A stretch of 64,000 nt of DNA. Source: an uncultured Actinomycetes bacterium. GTDB taxonomy: Bacteria; Actinomycetota; Actinomycetes; S36-B12; UBA10799. The notes beneath the pieces were generated by a model. The model made no database searches, was not told where the DNA came from, and saw only the letters and a program-made list of their open reading frames with translations. Below are positions 19,639-29,303 of this stretch, in pieces. Where the stretch lies: assembly GCA_963821045.1 (NCBI GenBank), contig CAWGCB010000007.1:191833-255832 (forward strand), given 5' to 3'. The first letter of the stretch is position 1. The number at the start of each line of letters is the position of its first letter. Made by a program: the position numbers and the translations under genes.

Positions 19639-22384
19639 TCAGCGACTGTCGGATGTGCTGACACCGAGTGCGCAGCGGGCAGCCTCAAGTCGCGCTACTG
19701 GCACCCGGAACGGCGAGCAAGACACGTAGTCCAGTCCCACCGCGTCGAAGAAGTGCACCGAGTCGGGGTCGCCACCGTGTTCGCCACATACCCCGCATTG
19801 CAGGTCCGGACGGGTCTTTCGACCGGCGTCGACGGCAATCTTGATGAGCGCACCGACACCCTCGCGGTCGATCGATTCGAACGGCGACACCCCGAACACA
19901 CCCTTGTCCATGTACGCCGAGAAGAACGCCGCCTCCACATCGTCACGACTGAAACCCCAGGTGGTCTGGGTCAAGTCGTTCGTGCCGAAACTGAAGAACT
20001 GCGCGGCTTCAGCAATCTGACCGGCGGTGAGCGCGGCCCGAGGCAGTTCAATCATGGTGCCGATCGGGAACTCCAGCGTGCAGCCGTGGGCTTGGGCCAC
20101 GGAATCCAACACTCCGGCGGCCTCATCGATCACCAGTTCTAGTTCTTGAATCGAACCGACTAGCGGAACCATGATCTCCGCTCGCGGATCTGCGCCCATT
20201 CGTTGCCTGAAGCAGGCGGCCTCGGCAATGGCCCGCACCTGTAGCGCAAAGAGTCCCGGCAGCACCAGACCTAACCGCACGCCCCGCAAGCCCAACATCG
20301 GATTAGCTTCACTGAGCCGGTTCACGGCCTGCAGCATCCGCAGATCTGCCTCACTGTCCTCTCCGCGCTCCTCCGCGCGAGCAACTCGAACAGCCAACTC
20401 CGTGCGGTCTGGCAGAAACTCGTGTAGCGGCGGATCGATGAGCCGGATCGTCACCGGCAGGCCGTCCATCGCCTCAAGAATCCGGATGAAGTCCTTACGC
20501 TGCAGCGGCAGCAATGCCTTCAGAGCCTCTTCACGCTCAGCATCCTCCGAGGCGAGGATCAGCCGTTCTACGAGCTGTCGTCGTTCGCCCAGAAACATGT
20601 GCTCTGTCCGCAGTAGGCCGATCCCCTGAGCTCCCATCCGTCGAGCACGCCTGGCGTCTTCTCGGGTGTCCGCGTTGGCGCGAACCTTCAGGCGACGGAC
20701 CTCGTCGGCTCGCGTCATGATTCGATCGACAGCGCTGATCAGTTCACTGGTGTGTTCGTCCACGCCCGTCAGTGCTTCGTCGAGGCCCTCCTCGAAGTAA
20801 CGCGCGACGGGACTGGGAACGACTGCTACCTCTCCGGCGAAGACCGCTCCGGTTGATCCGTCGATGGAGATGACATCGCCTTCATGTATGACCATCGCAT
20901 CTGCATTGGTCATACGACCGGATACGGTGTCGACCTCCAGCGAATCCGCCCCACAAACGGCCGTCTTACCCATCCCCCGAGCAACCACAGCGGCGTGCGA
21001 GGTCTTGCCTCCACGACTCGTCAGGACGCCAACCGCAGCAACCATTCCTTCAAGATCATCAGGGTTGGTCTCCCGGCGGATGAGAATGACGTCATCCCCG
21101 GCAGCAGCGCGAGTGACTGCCGTCGCGGAGTCAAAGACTGCGTGCCCCACCGCGGCACCTGGTGAGGCGCTCATTCCGCGAGCGATCTCAGCGGTATGCA
21201 CGGATGGGTCGAACGTCGGGAACATCAGATGAGCGAGTTGATCACCAGTGACGCGTCGAACAGCCTCATCTAGATCGATGACTCCCTCATCCACCAGCTG
21301 TATTGCTATCCGGAATGCGGCCGCCGCTGTGCGCTTGCCGACTCTGGTCTGCAGCATCCAGAGTTTGCCCTGTTCGACAGTGAACTCGATATCGCACAGA
21401 TCCCGGTAGTGCCGTTCCAGCTCCTCCATGATGGTCAGCAGTTCCGAGTAGGCCTCCGGGTCGGTTTCTCCCAGCGCGGCCAGCGGCAAAGTATTGCGAA
21501 TGCCAGCGACAACATCCTCTCCCTGCGCATCCGGCAGGTAGTCCCCGTATACCCCTCGCTCCCCGGTGCTCGGGTCACGAGTAAATGCGACGCCGGTCCC
21601 TGACCCGGCTCCCACGTTTCCAAAGGCCATCGCCTGAATGTTCACGGCGGTACCGAGCCAGCCTGGAATCCGCTCTTGACGGCGGTACAGGATCGCCCGT
21701 TCGGTATCCCATGACCGAAAGACTGACCGGACGGCGAGTTGCAGTTGTTCTCGTGGGTCCTGCGGAAACTCAGCGCCAGTACATTCCAAAATGACCCGCT
21801 TGTAGGTGTCGACCAAGGCGGCGAGCACGTTGACGTCGAGTTCAGTATCTGCCCGCACCCCGGCGTTCTTCATTGCCCTGGCCAAGGGCGCCTCGAAGCG
21901 CTCCCCGTCGATTCCCAGAACTGTTCGACCGAACATCTGGATGAGGCGCCGATACGAATCCCAGGCGAATCTCGGGTCTTGCGAGACCGAAGCTAGACCA
22001 TCAACACTCTTGTCGTTCAGTCCGATGTCGAGGACCGTCTCCATCATCCCCGGCATTGAGTAGCGCGCACCCGATCGCACGGAGACCAGGAGTGGGTCCA
22101 GCGCATCGCCTAGCGACTTGCCTCGTGCCGACTCAAGATCTGCGATCGCCTCAGCCATCTGGTCGACTAGTTCCGGCGGAAGGTCGCCGTTGCTCGAGGA
22201 AATAGCGACAAGCCGCGGTGCTAATAGTGAAACCGGGCGGCACGGGCATGCCCATCCGGGTCATCTCAGCAAGGTTCGCGCCCTTACCGCCGAGTTCGTC
22301 GGCCATATCACGGTTGCCTTCACTGAAGGCAAAGACGTACTTGTGGGTCGCTGGGGTTGAATCTTGGTGCTGATCAACTGTCAT
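19639..22384 (-). pseudogene. ppdK: pyruvate, phosphate dikinase, split by a frameshift near 22187..22193
   Basis: The 77-aa ORF 22151..22384 ([51 protein letters not shown]) is the PPDK N-terminus. The other frame then reads [19 protein letters not shown]... and continues for 839 aa (LLVSVRSGARYSMPGMMETVLDIGLN ... GGKTSHAAVVARGMG ... FFSFGTNDLTQ). Confidence 0.8.
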
Positions 22385-22432
22385 AGGGCCCAGGCTAGTG
22401 CGAAAGCACGCTTTCCAGATGGGACTAAGGGC

Positions 22433-23209
22433 CTAAAGGTGGGTAGCTTCGTTACTAGCTAGTAGCGGATCATGAAGTGGGTGATCCGGATCGATCCGGC
22501 GAAGAAACGCCCTCACTTGTTCATCGACTTGGGCGAGCACATTCTCGATCGATCGGCGATCGTCACCGGTCAACTGCTCCGGGATGTCCCAGACGTCGAT
22601 CTCGCCGGAGACGGACATCCGGTCGATGCCCGGGGCACCGATAGCGATCACGTAGTCGGCTGATTTGAGCATCTCTTGGTCCAGCAGAACGGGCTCGTCG
22701 GTTAAGTCCATACCTACCTCACCGAGGACCTCCGGAACGAGGTGACTGACCGCCCCGACCGGACTGGTTCCTGCCGAACTCACTCGAAGCCGACCAGGAG
22801 CATAGAAGCGTAGTAGTGCAGCTGCGCTTTGCCCACGCACGGAGTCGTGCTCGTCGATGACCAGCACGCTGGGCAAGCCAGCGAGGAACCCCTGAGATAA
22901 GTCGCCGCTCTCGGAGAGGCGCTTCATGGCCAGTCGCTTTGTTAGCACGGGCAAGAAGGTCGTGACCTTGGCGTCGGCGGCCAACTCGTCGTAGCACTGC
23001 CATACGAGGCTTCTGAGTTCGTGGCGCCGAATCTCGCCTCCGGTATTGGCGACCAACGCATCAACCATCTGCTCAAGATGCGACTCCATCGCTGGACTCA
23101 AATCCGCCATGGGTGAAGTGTGCCTTATGGCGCCACGCGTTGCTAGTACGACAAGCGCATCGGGTCGGGCATTCGCGGAGAATCCAGTAGGCGATGACGC
23201 GTTCGCCAT
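22433..23209 (-). CDS. LMW-PTP/ArsC-fold protein with an N-terminal helical domain; catalytic Cys replaced by Asp
   Basis: The P-loop position reads VLVIDEHDSVRGQS (D-x5-R instead of C-x5-R). A later WDIPE matches the DP general-acid loop. The likely start is ATG 23110 (MADLSPAMESH...). Confidence 0.45.
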   Translation of the reverse strand: MANASSPTGFSANARPDALVVLATRGAIRHTSPMADLSPAMESHLEQMVDALVANTGGEIRRHELRSLVWQCYDELAADAKVTTFLPVLTKRLAMKRLSESGDLSQGFLAGLPSVLVIDEHDSVRGQSAAALLRFYAPGRLRVSSAGTSPVGAVSHLVPEVLGEVGMDLTDEPVLLDQEMLKSADYVIAIGAPGIDRMSVSGEIDVWDIPEQLTGDDRRSIENVLAQVDEQVRAFLRRIDPDHPLHDPLLASNEATHL

Positions 23210-23223
23210 GGCAGGGTTAGCGC

Positions 23224-24984
23224 GTGATCAGTCTGCTTCGCCGCTTCTTGCGGCCCTACGCTCGGACGCTGATCGTGATTGTCGGCCTCTTGCTGGTCCA
23301 GGCAATGGCGAATCTGTACTTGCCGACGTTGAACGCGGACATCATCAACGATGGCGTGGTCACTGGTGATATTGACTACATCATCCGCGTCGGCGGCATC
23401 ATGCTGGCGGTGAGCTTGGCGCTGGGCGTTTGTTCGGTGATTGCCGTCTACTACAGCGCGCGCACAGCGATGAGCTTTGGTCGAGACGTGCGGGCCGCGA
23501 TGTTCACTCGGGTGCAAGGATTCTCCTTGCACGAGGTCAACACATTCGGCACCCCGTCACTGATTACCCGTAACACCAATGACGTCCAGCAGGTCCAAAT
23601 GCTCGTCCTGATGGGCCTGACGATGATGGTCCTCGCGCCCATCACCGCAATCGGCGGGATCATCATGGCGTTGCGACTAGATCTCCAACTATCGGCGCTG
23701 CTGCTGGTCATCATTCCGCTGATGGCGATCGTGATCGGCACCTTGATGGTCAAAGCGATACCGCTGTTTCGATCCATGCAGGTCAAGATCGACCGAATCA
23801 ATGAAGTTCTCCGGGAGAACCTGGCGGGCATTCGGGTCATCCGAGCTTTCGTTCGCACTGAACACGAACAGGAGCGCTTCGAGCGTGCCAACGCTGATCT
23901 CACGAGTACTGCCCTGCGAGTGTCGCGACTCTTCGCCTTGATGCTGCCCGCCTTGATGCTCATCATGAACGGGTCAAGTGTGGCCATCATCTGGTTCGGC
24001 GGGAACCTCGTGAACGACGGCGACATGCAGATCGGCGATCTCACTGCCTTTCTGCAATACATCACGCAGATTCTCTTCGCGGTGATGATGGCGGTCATGT
24101 TGTTCGTCATGGTGCCTCGGGCGGCGGCCTCAGCCGAGCGGATCCAGGCGGTCCTGGAGACCGAACCCGCGATTCACGATCCAGTCGATCCGGTTGCTGT
24201 GCAGACACCCGGACCCGACTCAGATGACGGAGCCAACAGTCGCGGACGAATCGAGTTCCGCGATGTCACCTTCCGCTATCCGGGTGCGCAAGACTCCGTG
24301 CTCTGCAACGTGTCATTCACCGTTGAGCCAGGACAGACGACCGCCATTATTGGCGGCACCGGATCAGGAAAGACAACACTGGTGAATCTGATCCCACGAC
24401 TGTACGACGTCACCGAGGGATCGATCCAGATCGACGGCGTGGATATCCGCGATATGACCCAAGCCGACGTGTGGGCATTCATGGCACTAGTGCCCCAGAA
24501 GGCCTTCCTCTTCAGCGGCACCGTCGGTAGCAACGTCCGGTTCGGCAAAGAGACCGCAACCGATGAGCAGGTCTGGCATGCCCTACGAGTAGCCCAAGCC
24601 GAACCCTTCGTCTCCGACCTCGCGAACGGGCTCGACTCAGAAATCGACCAGGGCGGAGCCAATGTCTCTGGTGGTCAGCGCCAACGCCTAGCGATCGCTC
24701 GCGCCTTGGTCCGGCGATCACCAATCCTTATCCTGGACGACAGTTTCTCTGCCCTCGACTACGCAACTGATGCGCGCTTACGAGCGGCCCTCGCTCGCGA
24801 TGCTGCCGACACGACAGTGCTCATCGTGGCCCAGCGAGTCAGCACAATCCTGCAGGCAGACAAGATCCTGGTCGTCGATGATGGCCGAATCGTCGGGTCC
24901 GGCACCCACAGTGAATTACTTGAAACCTGCGAGACGTACCGCGAGATCGTCGACTCGCAACTCACTGTTGAGCAGGCCCAATGA
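23224..24984 (+). CDS. ABC exporter, fused permease/ATPase (heterodimer subunit 1)
   Basis: 586-aa ORF with a 6-TM domain, Walker A GGTGSGKTT, signature VSGGQRQRL and Walker B ILILDD. Confidence 0.85.
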   Translation: MISLLRRFLRPYARTLIVIVGLLLVQAMANLYLPTLNADIINDGVVTGDIDYIIRVGGIMLAVSLALGVCSVIAVYYSARTAMSFGRDVRAAMFTRVQGFSLHEVNTFGTPSLITRNTNDVQQVQMLVLMGLTMMVLAPITAIGGIIMALRLDLQLSALLLVIIPLMAIVIGTLMVKAIPLFRSMQVKIDRINEVLRENLAGIRVIRAFVRTEHEQERFERANADLTSTALRVSRLFALMLPALMLIMNGSSVAIIWFGGNLVNDGDMQIGDLTAFLQYITQILFAVMMAVMLFVMVPRAAASAERIQAVLETEPAIHDPVDPVAVQTPGPDSDDGANSRGRIEFRDVTFRYPGAQDSVLCNVSFTVEPGQTTAIIGGTGSGKTTLVNLIPRLYDVTEGSIQIDGVDIRDMTQADVWAFMALVPQKAFLFSGTVGSNVRFGKETATDEQVWHALRVAQAEPFVSDLANGLDSEIDQGGANVSGGQRQRLAIARALVRRSPILILDDSFSALDYATDARLRAALARDAADTTVLIVAQRVSTILQADKILVVDDGRIVGSGTHSELLETCETYREIVDSQLTVEQAQ

Positions 24985-26966
24985 GTCTGACCGGAGCGAC
25001 TCGACCGTCTAATCCCCGCCGACCGCAAGGTATGGGGGGCCCAGGTATGGGCATGGGAATGTCGATCCCGGAGAAGGCGCGAGACTTCAAGGGCACGTTT
25101 AAGCGGATGGCTCGTCGCCTCAAACCCGAATCGTTGATTATTGCGATTGTCTTGGCGCTCGGGATCACCAGTGTGTTCTTCGCCGTAATCGGCCCAAAAC
25201 TACTCGGCAATGCAACCAACGTGATCTTCGATGGGGTCGTTGGCAAGCAGCTTCCCGCTGGAACAACACAGGCCCAGGCCGAGGCTGCGCTGCGTGCAAG
25301 CGGGAACAGTCAGCAGGCCGACCTGCTCTCGGGCATGACCGTCACTCCCGGCCAAGGCGTTGACTTCGCCGCGCTGGGACAAATCATCGCTCTGGTTTCA
25401 GTTGTCTACCTATTGAGCTCGCTCTTCTCCTGGGCGCAGAACTATCTGATGGCGGGGGTAACTCAGCGAGTGATGTACCGCCTGCGCGAGGACGTCGACG
25501 TCAAGCTTGGTCGCCTCCCACTGAAGTACTTCGACCGCCACGCCAGAGGCGACCTGCTCAGTCGCGTAACGAACGACATCGACAACATCTCCACGACCCT
25601 GCAGCAAACTCTCACCCAGCTGATCACTTCACTGCTCACTGTGGTGGGCGTGCTGATCATGATGATCGTCATTAGCCCACTACTCGCGGTCGTCTCCCTA
25701 CTCACCGTTCCGCTGTCGTTCGCCGTGACTATCGCCATCGCGAAACGTTCTCAAAAGCAGTTCATCGGGCAGTGGAAGTGGACGGGCACGCTCAACGGCC
25801 ACGTAGAGGAGATGTACTCCGGACACGAACTAGTGAAAGTCTACGGTCACCAGCAGCAGGCTCAGGTGGACTTCGACCAGGCCAACGATCAGATGTACCA
25901 AGCCTCATTCAAAGCTCAGTTCATCTCGGGGACTATCCAGCCAGCGATGGCTTTCATCTCGAACATCAACTATGTCTTGATCGCGGTGATCGGCGGCTTA
26001 CGAGTTGCCAGCGGCACAATGAGCCTCGGAGACGTTCAAGCCTTCATTCAGTACTCCCGGCAGTTCACCATGCCCATCACCCAGATCGCCAGCATCGTGA
26101 ACCTCTTGCAGTCGGGCCTCGCCTCCGCGGAGCGTGTTTTTGAACTCCTCGACGAGCCGGAACAAGTCCCCGAGACACAACGCCCGGAAGCCCTCGGAGT
26201 GCGCCGCGGTCACGTCCAGTTCGAGGATGTCTCGTTTCGCTATGAAGAGAGCACTCCGCTGATCGACGGGCTCAACCTCGACGCACAACCCGGTCAGTCG
26301 ATCGCCATTGTTGGACCAACCGGCGCCGGGAAGACCACGCTGGTGAATCTGCTGATGCGGTTCTACGAGATCGACGAGGGCACGATCAGCTTCGACGGGA
26401 TCGACATCAGGGATCTGCGCCGAGACGACCTGCGCCGATCCTTTGGGATGGTGCTGCAAGACACATGGCTGTTTGAAGGGACCATCAGAGAAAACATTGC
26501 CTATGGCGCCATCGACGCAACGGAAGAACAGATCGTCGAGGCGGCCACTGCCGCGCACGTCGACCGAATCGTGCGAACGTTGCCCGATGGCTACGACACG
26601 GTGATCGGAACGGACGCAGCCAACTTGTCGACCGGCGAGCAACAGCTGCTCACCATCGCCCGAGCATTCCTCGCGAATCCGGCTGTGTTGATTCTCGACG
26701 AGGCCACTAGTTCGGTGGATACGCGGACCGAAGTACTAATCCAGAAGGCAATGGCGGATCTGCGTCAGGGCCGGACGAGTTTTGTGATCGCCCACCGTCT
26801 ATCCACCATTCGAGACGCCGACACGATTCTGGTGATGGACGCCGGCCACATCATCGAGAAGGGCAACCACGACGAACTCATCGCGGCTGGAGGTTTCTAC
26901 TACAACCTGTACAACAGCCAGTTCCTCGCCAGCTTCGACGAGGACGCCGACATTCCCACCAGCTAG
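24981..26966 (+). CDS. ABC exporter, fused permease/ATPase (heterodimer subunit 2)
   Basis: 661-aa ORF with a 4-nt overlap with the preceding gene. Walker A is GPTGAGKTT, the signature is the degenerate LSTGEQQLL, and Walker B is VLILDE. Confidence 0.85.
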   Translation: MSLTGATRPSNPRRPQGMGGPGMGMGMSIPEKARDFKGTFKRMARRLKPESLIIAIVLALGITSVFFAVIGPKLLGNATNVIFDGVVGKQLPAGTTQAQAEAALRASGNSQQADLLSGMTVTPGQGVDFAALGQIIALVSVVYLLSSLFSWAQNYLMAGVTQRVMYRLREDVDVKLGRLPLKYFDRHARGDLLSRVTNDIDNISTTLQQTLTQLITSLLTVVGVLIMMIVISPLLAVVSLLTVPLSFAVTIAIAKRSQKQFIGQWKWTGTLNGHVEEMYSGHELVKVYGHQQQAQVDFDQANDQMYQASFKAQFISGTIQPAMAFISNINYVLIAVIGGLRVASGTMSLGDVQAFIQYSRQFTMPITQIASIVNLLQSGLASAERVFELLDEPEQVPETQRPEALGVRRGHVQFEDVSFRYEESTPLIDGLNLDAQPGQSIAIVGPTGAGKTTLVNLLMRFYEIDEGTISFDGIDIRDLRRDDLRRSFGMVLQDTWLFEGTIRENIAYGAIDATEEQIVEAATAAHVDRIVRTLPDGYDTVIGTDAANLSTGEQQLLTIARAFLANPAVLILDEATSSVDTRTEVLIQKAMADLRQGRTSFVIAHRLSTIRDADTILVMDAGHIIEKGNHDELIAAGGFYYNLYNSQFLASFDEDADIPTS

Positions 26967-27000
26967 GCCATGCTGTGCTTGGCCAGACCTCCGCTGCGCC

Positions 27001-27042
27001 GCTACGTGACTGCGTGACCACGTGGCTACCTGACTGCGTGAC
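27001..27042. repeat. 18-mer direct repeat (GCTACGTGACTGCGTGAC / GCTACCTGACTGCGTGAC) with 24-bp period
   Basis: Copies lie at 27001..27018 and 27025..27042 and are 17/18 identical. They sit in the gap between the convergent ABC and HNH gene ends. Confidence 0.8.
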
Positions 27043-27163
27043 TGTCGGCCACCCCGTGGCGGCAGGCTTCCGCGAGGGACCGCGCGAAGAGTGGCTGCAC
27101 GATTTAGCGCTTTGCATTCCGTTGGCAACAGGTCGCATCCGGTTGGTGTGGCCTGCGCCGCTA

Positions 27164-28670
27164 TTACTGCTGCAGGATTTCGGTCATGAGCCGCGACTCG
27201 AGTGCGGTGCACGCGACCCTCGCCCTGCGATCCTGCGCACCTTCGTCATGGCGTGGTCGATCACCATCGCGTGGGAGCGGGTTCCCGTGGACTGGTCGTG
27301 GACTCTCGTGCACGCGGCCCCGAGGACTTGTCCATTCGATCATCGTGGCACCGGGTTCACCAACGTCAGCGTCGGGTCCACGTGCGTCAGCATCAGCGTC
27401 GGTCTCACCCTCCCCTGCGGCTGCCGCATCCTCTGAATCGTCTGGATCGTCAATGTCTGAATGGTCTGGATGGTCTGGGTCCTGCGCGTTGTTGGGGTGG
27501 TGGACGCGTACCCGCCAGCGGTGGTGGGTTTTGAGTTGATGATGGCGTCGGCACACCGTCAACAAATTGTCCGCGCTCGTTGACCCGCCCTCGGGGGTGC
27601 CGGTGAACGGTTCTACGTGGTCAAGGTCGCAGCGGTAACTCGGTTGCTCACACCCCGGGAACTGACACCGCCGATCCCGCGCCAACACATACTCCCGCAA
27701 CGCTGCCGGTGGGGTGTATGTGCGGTGCCCGTAATCGAGCAAGTACCCCGTCACCGGGTCCGTGACCAACCGTCGCCACCCCTGCGAATCCGCTGCTAAC
27801 AGTCGGGCAAGCTCGGCCGGGATCGGACCGTAGCCAATGATCTCCCCGGGATGATCCGCGAGCCCGAACAACGTTGCCGCGTCGATGACGACCTGCGTGT
27901 CCAACCGTTTCTTGCCCTGCATCACCGGCATCTGCGGATCCTGCCCCGCCTGGTGCGCCCACCCGACAAGCGCGTCCGCGCGTTTATGCGCCCGCGACCG
28001 AACATCACCAGCGTGAGTGTCCTGATGCGCGGCCGCGGTTAACGCATTCCACACCGCGATCGCATCCGGAGCCGGCAGTGTCGCCACCACCGTGGCCATC
28101 ACCCCACCATCATGAACCAGGCTCACATCACGACGCGCGAACTCCTCCTCCACCAACGCCTCCGGTGGGCGCGGACAAATCGACGCGATCGCGCGACGCA
28201 ACGCCCGCCGCGTCCGATTCGGGGTCTGCCGCTCGGTGTTCACCAACGCCCGCTTCTCCACCAACCGCGCCTGACCCACCGACAACGACCCACACTCCTG
28301 CGCCACCACCGCCGCTTGGGCGAAGGTGCACAACCCGGCACGCAACAAATCCCGCGTGCGCGGCAGTTTGTGTTCCAGGTCCCTGAGCTAAATCGATGCG
28401 GCGTTGCGCGGTGCGCCCAGAAATATGCAACGCCGCCGCGAGCTCATCACGAATACTGTCTTGCACCATCTGCACATCCCACAACGGATCCGCCACATCC
28501 ACCAACTGCGCATCCGCAACCGAATAATCCGGACCCGGACCCGCCACCGCCGCCACCACCGACAGGCGCAACGACTCCACCCACGCCGCATGCCGCTCCA
28601 ACTGAACCAACAACTCCACCCGAGCAGCCGGCGACACCGCCAACGGATCCACCCCCGCCAACACCGCCAA
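27164..28670 (-). pseudogene. DUF222 / HNH endonuclease family gene (13E12-repeat type), frameshifted near 28375..28383
   Basis: The N-terminal frame (LAGVDPLAVSPAARVELLVQLERHAAWVE ... HISGRTAQRRIDLAQG) switches frame to LEHKLPRTRDLLRAGLCTFAQAAV... and runs on to RDRRCQFPGCEQPSYRCDLDHVEPF...TVCRRHHQLKTH (HNH motif). Further N-terminal decay between 28670 and 28810 is possible. Confidence 0.75.
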
Positions 28671-28907
28671 CGACCCCGCACACGGAACAACCCAGCCCCA
28701 ACCACCGCGATCTCAGACCCGCTTCCAACCACGGCCGGGCCAGACCCAGACGCCACCGATCCAGAGGACGACGAACGACCCGACCCCGGGTCTACATGAC
28801 TGGCTGACATGCACCAACCCTACACCACAAATCGAACACCTGTACGAACTATTCACAGTGCGACTCATGGGCCACCAGCGTGGTATCGATCGGGGTATCG
28901 TGTCCCC

Positions 28908-29174
28908 ATGTCGCCGACACCGTCCGACCCGTTCGATGGGTTCGAGATCAACGATGAATGGGCCACCGGCGCCAAGAAGAGAGAGAAGTCTGCTCAAGAG
29001 CGCGCTGACAGATACGCCAAGATCAACCACGGAAACAAGGCGCAGGAAGCCGCAAGAGAACAGGAGCGCAAGAAGGTAACGCGTACGGCCAAGGTCCGGT
29101 CAAACAAGGTCTGGCCCTGGGTTGCGTTCGCTGCTCTGTGCGCCACGGTCATTGGCCTATCGCTAATCCTCTAA
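28908..29174 (+). CDS. hypothetical small tail-anchored membrane protein
   Basis: 88 codons from ATG 28908. The N-terminal part is charged and Lys/Glu-rich, and there is a single C-terminal TM helix (WPWVAFAALCATVIGLSLIL). I recognise no family. Confidence 0.35.
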   Translation: MSPTPSDPFDGFEINDEWATGAKKREKSAQERADRYAKINHGNKAQEAAREQERKKVTRTAKVRSNKVWPWVAFAALCATVIGLSLIL

Positions 29175-29185
29175 CGACGTCATTC

Positions 29186-29203
29186 TCTAGCGACGCCGCT
29201 AGA
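29186..29203 (+). terminator. short stem-loop downstream of the small ORF
   Basis: TCTAGCG-ACGC-CGCTAGA has a perfect 7-bp stem and a 4-nt loop, with no U-tract. Confidence 0.25.
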
Positions 29204-29303
29204 ACTCGGCCCTGCCTCTGGCCGCCGCGGCGAATGATGTTGAGGTCCGTCCACTAACTCTTGTGTGACTTCTGCTGGGTACGAGTCTTCGAGTTCTGCG
29301 GCA

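Noticed and set aside
28112-28807. 231-aa Pro-rich ORF on the plus strand (...PPPPPPTGATTPPTPHAAPTEPTTPPEQPATPPTDPPPPTPPTT...) that could be taken for a secreted PT-repeat protein.
   Set aside because: It lies exactly antisense to the DUF222-HNH gene, whose frames carry clear family motifs. Pro-rich shadow ORFs are expected opposite Gly/Val/Ala-rich GC-rich coding sequence.
26967-29303. A mobile island or prophage remnant around the HNH gene.
   Set aside because: There is no integrase, transposase, tRNA target or flanking terminal repeats. Only the solo decayed DUF222-HNH gene and one small hypothetical ORF are present.
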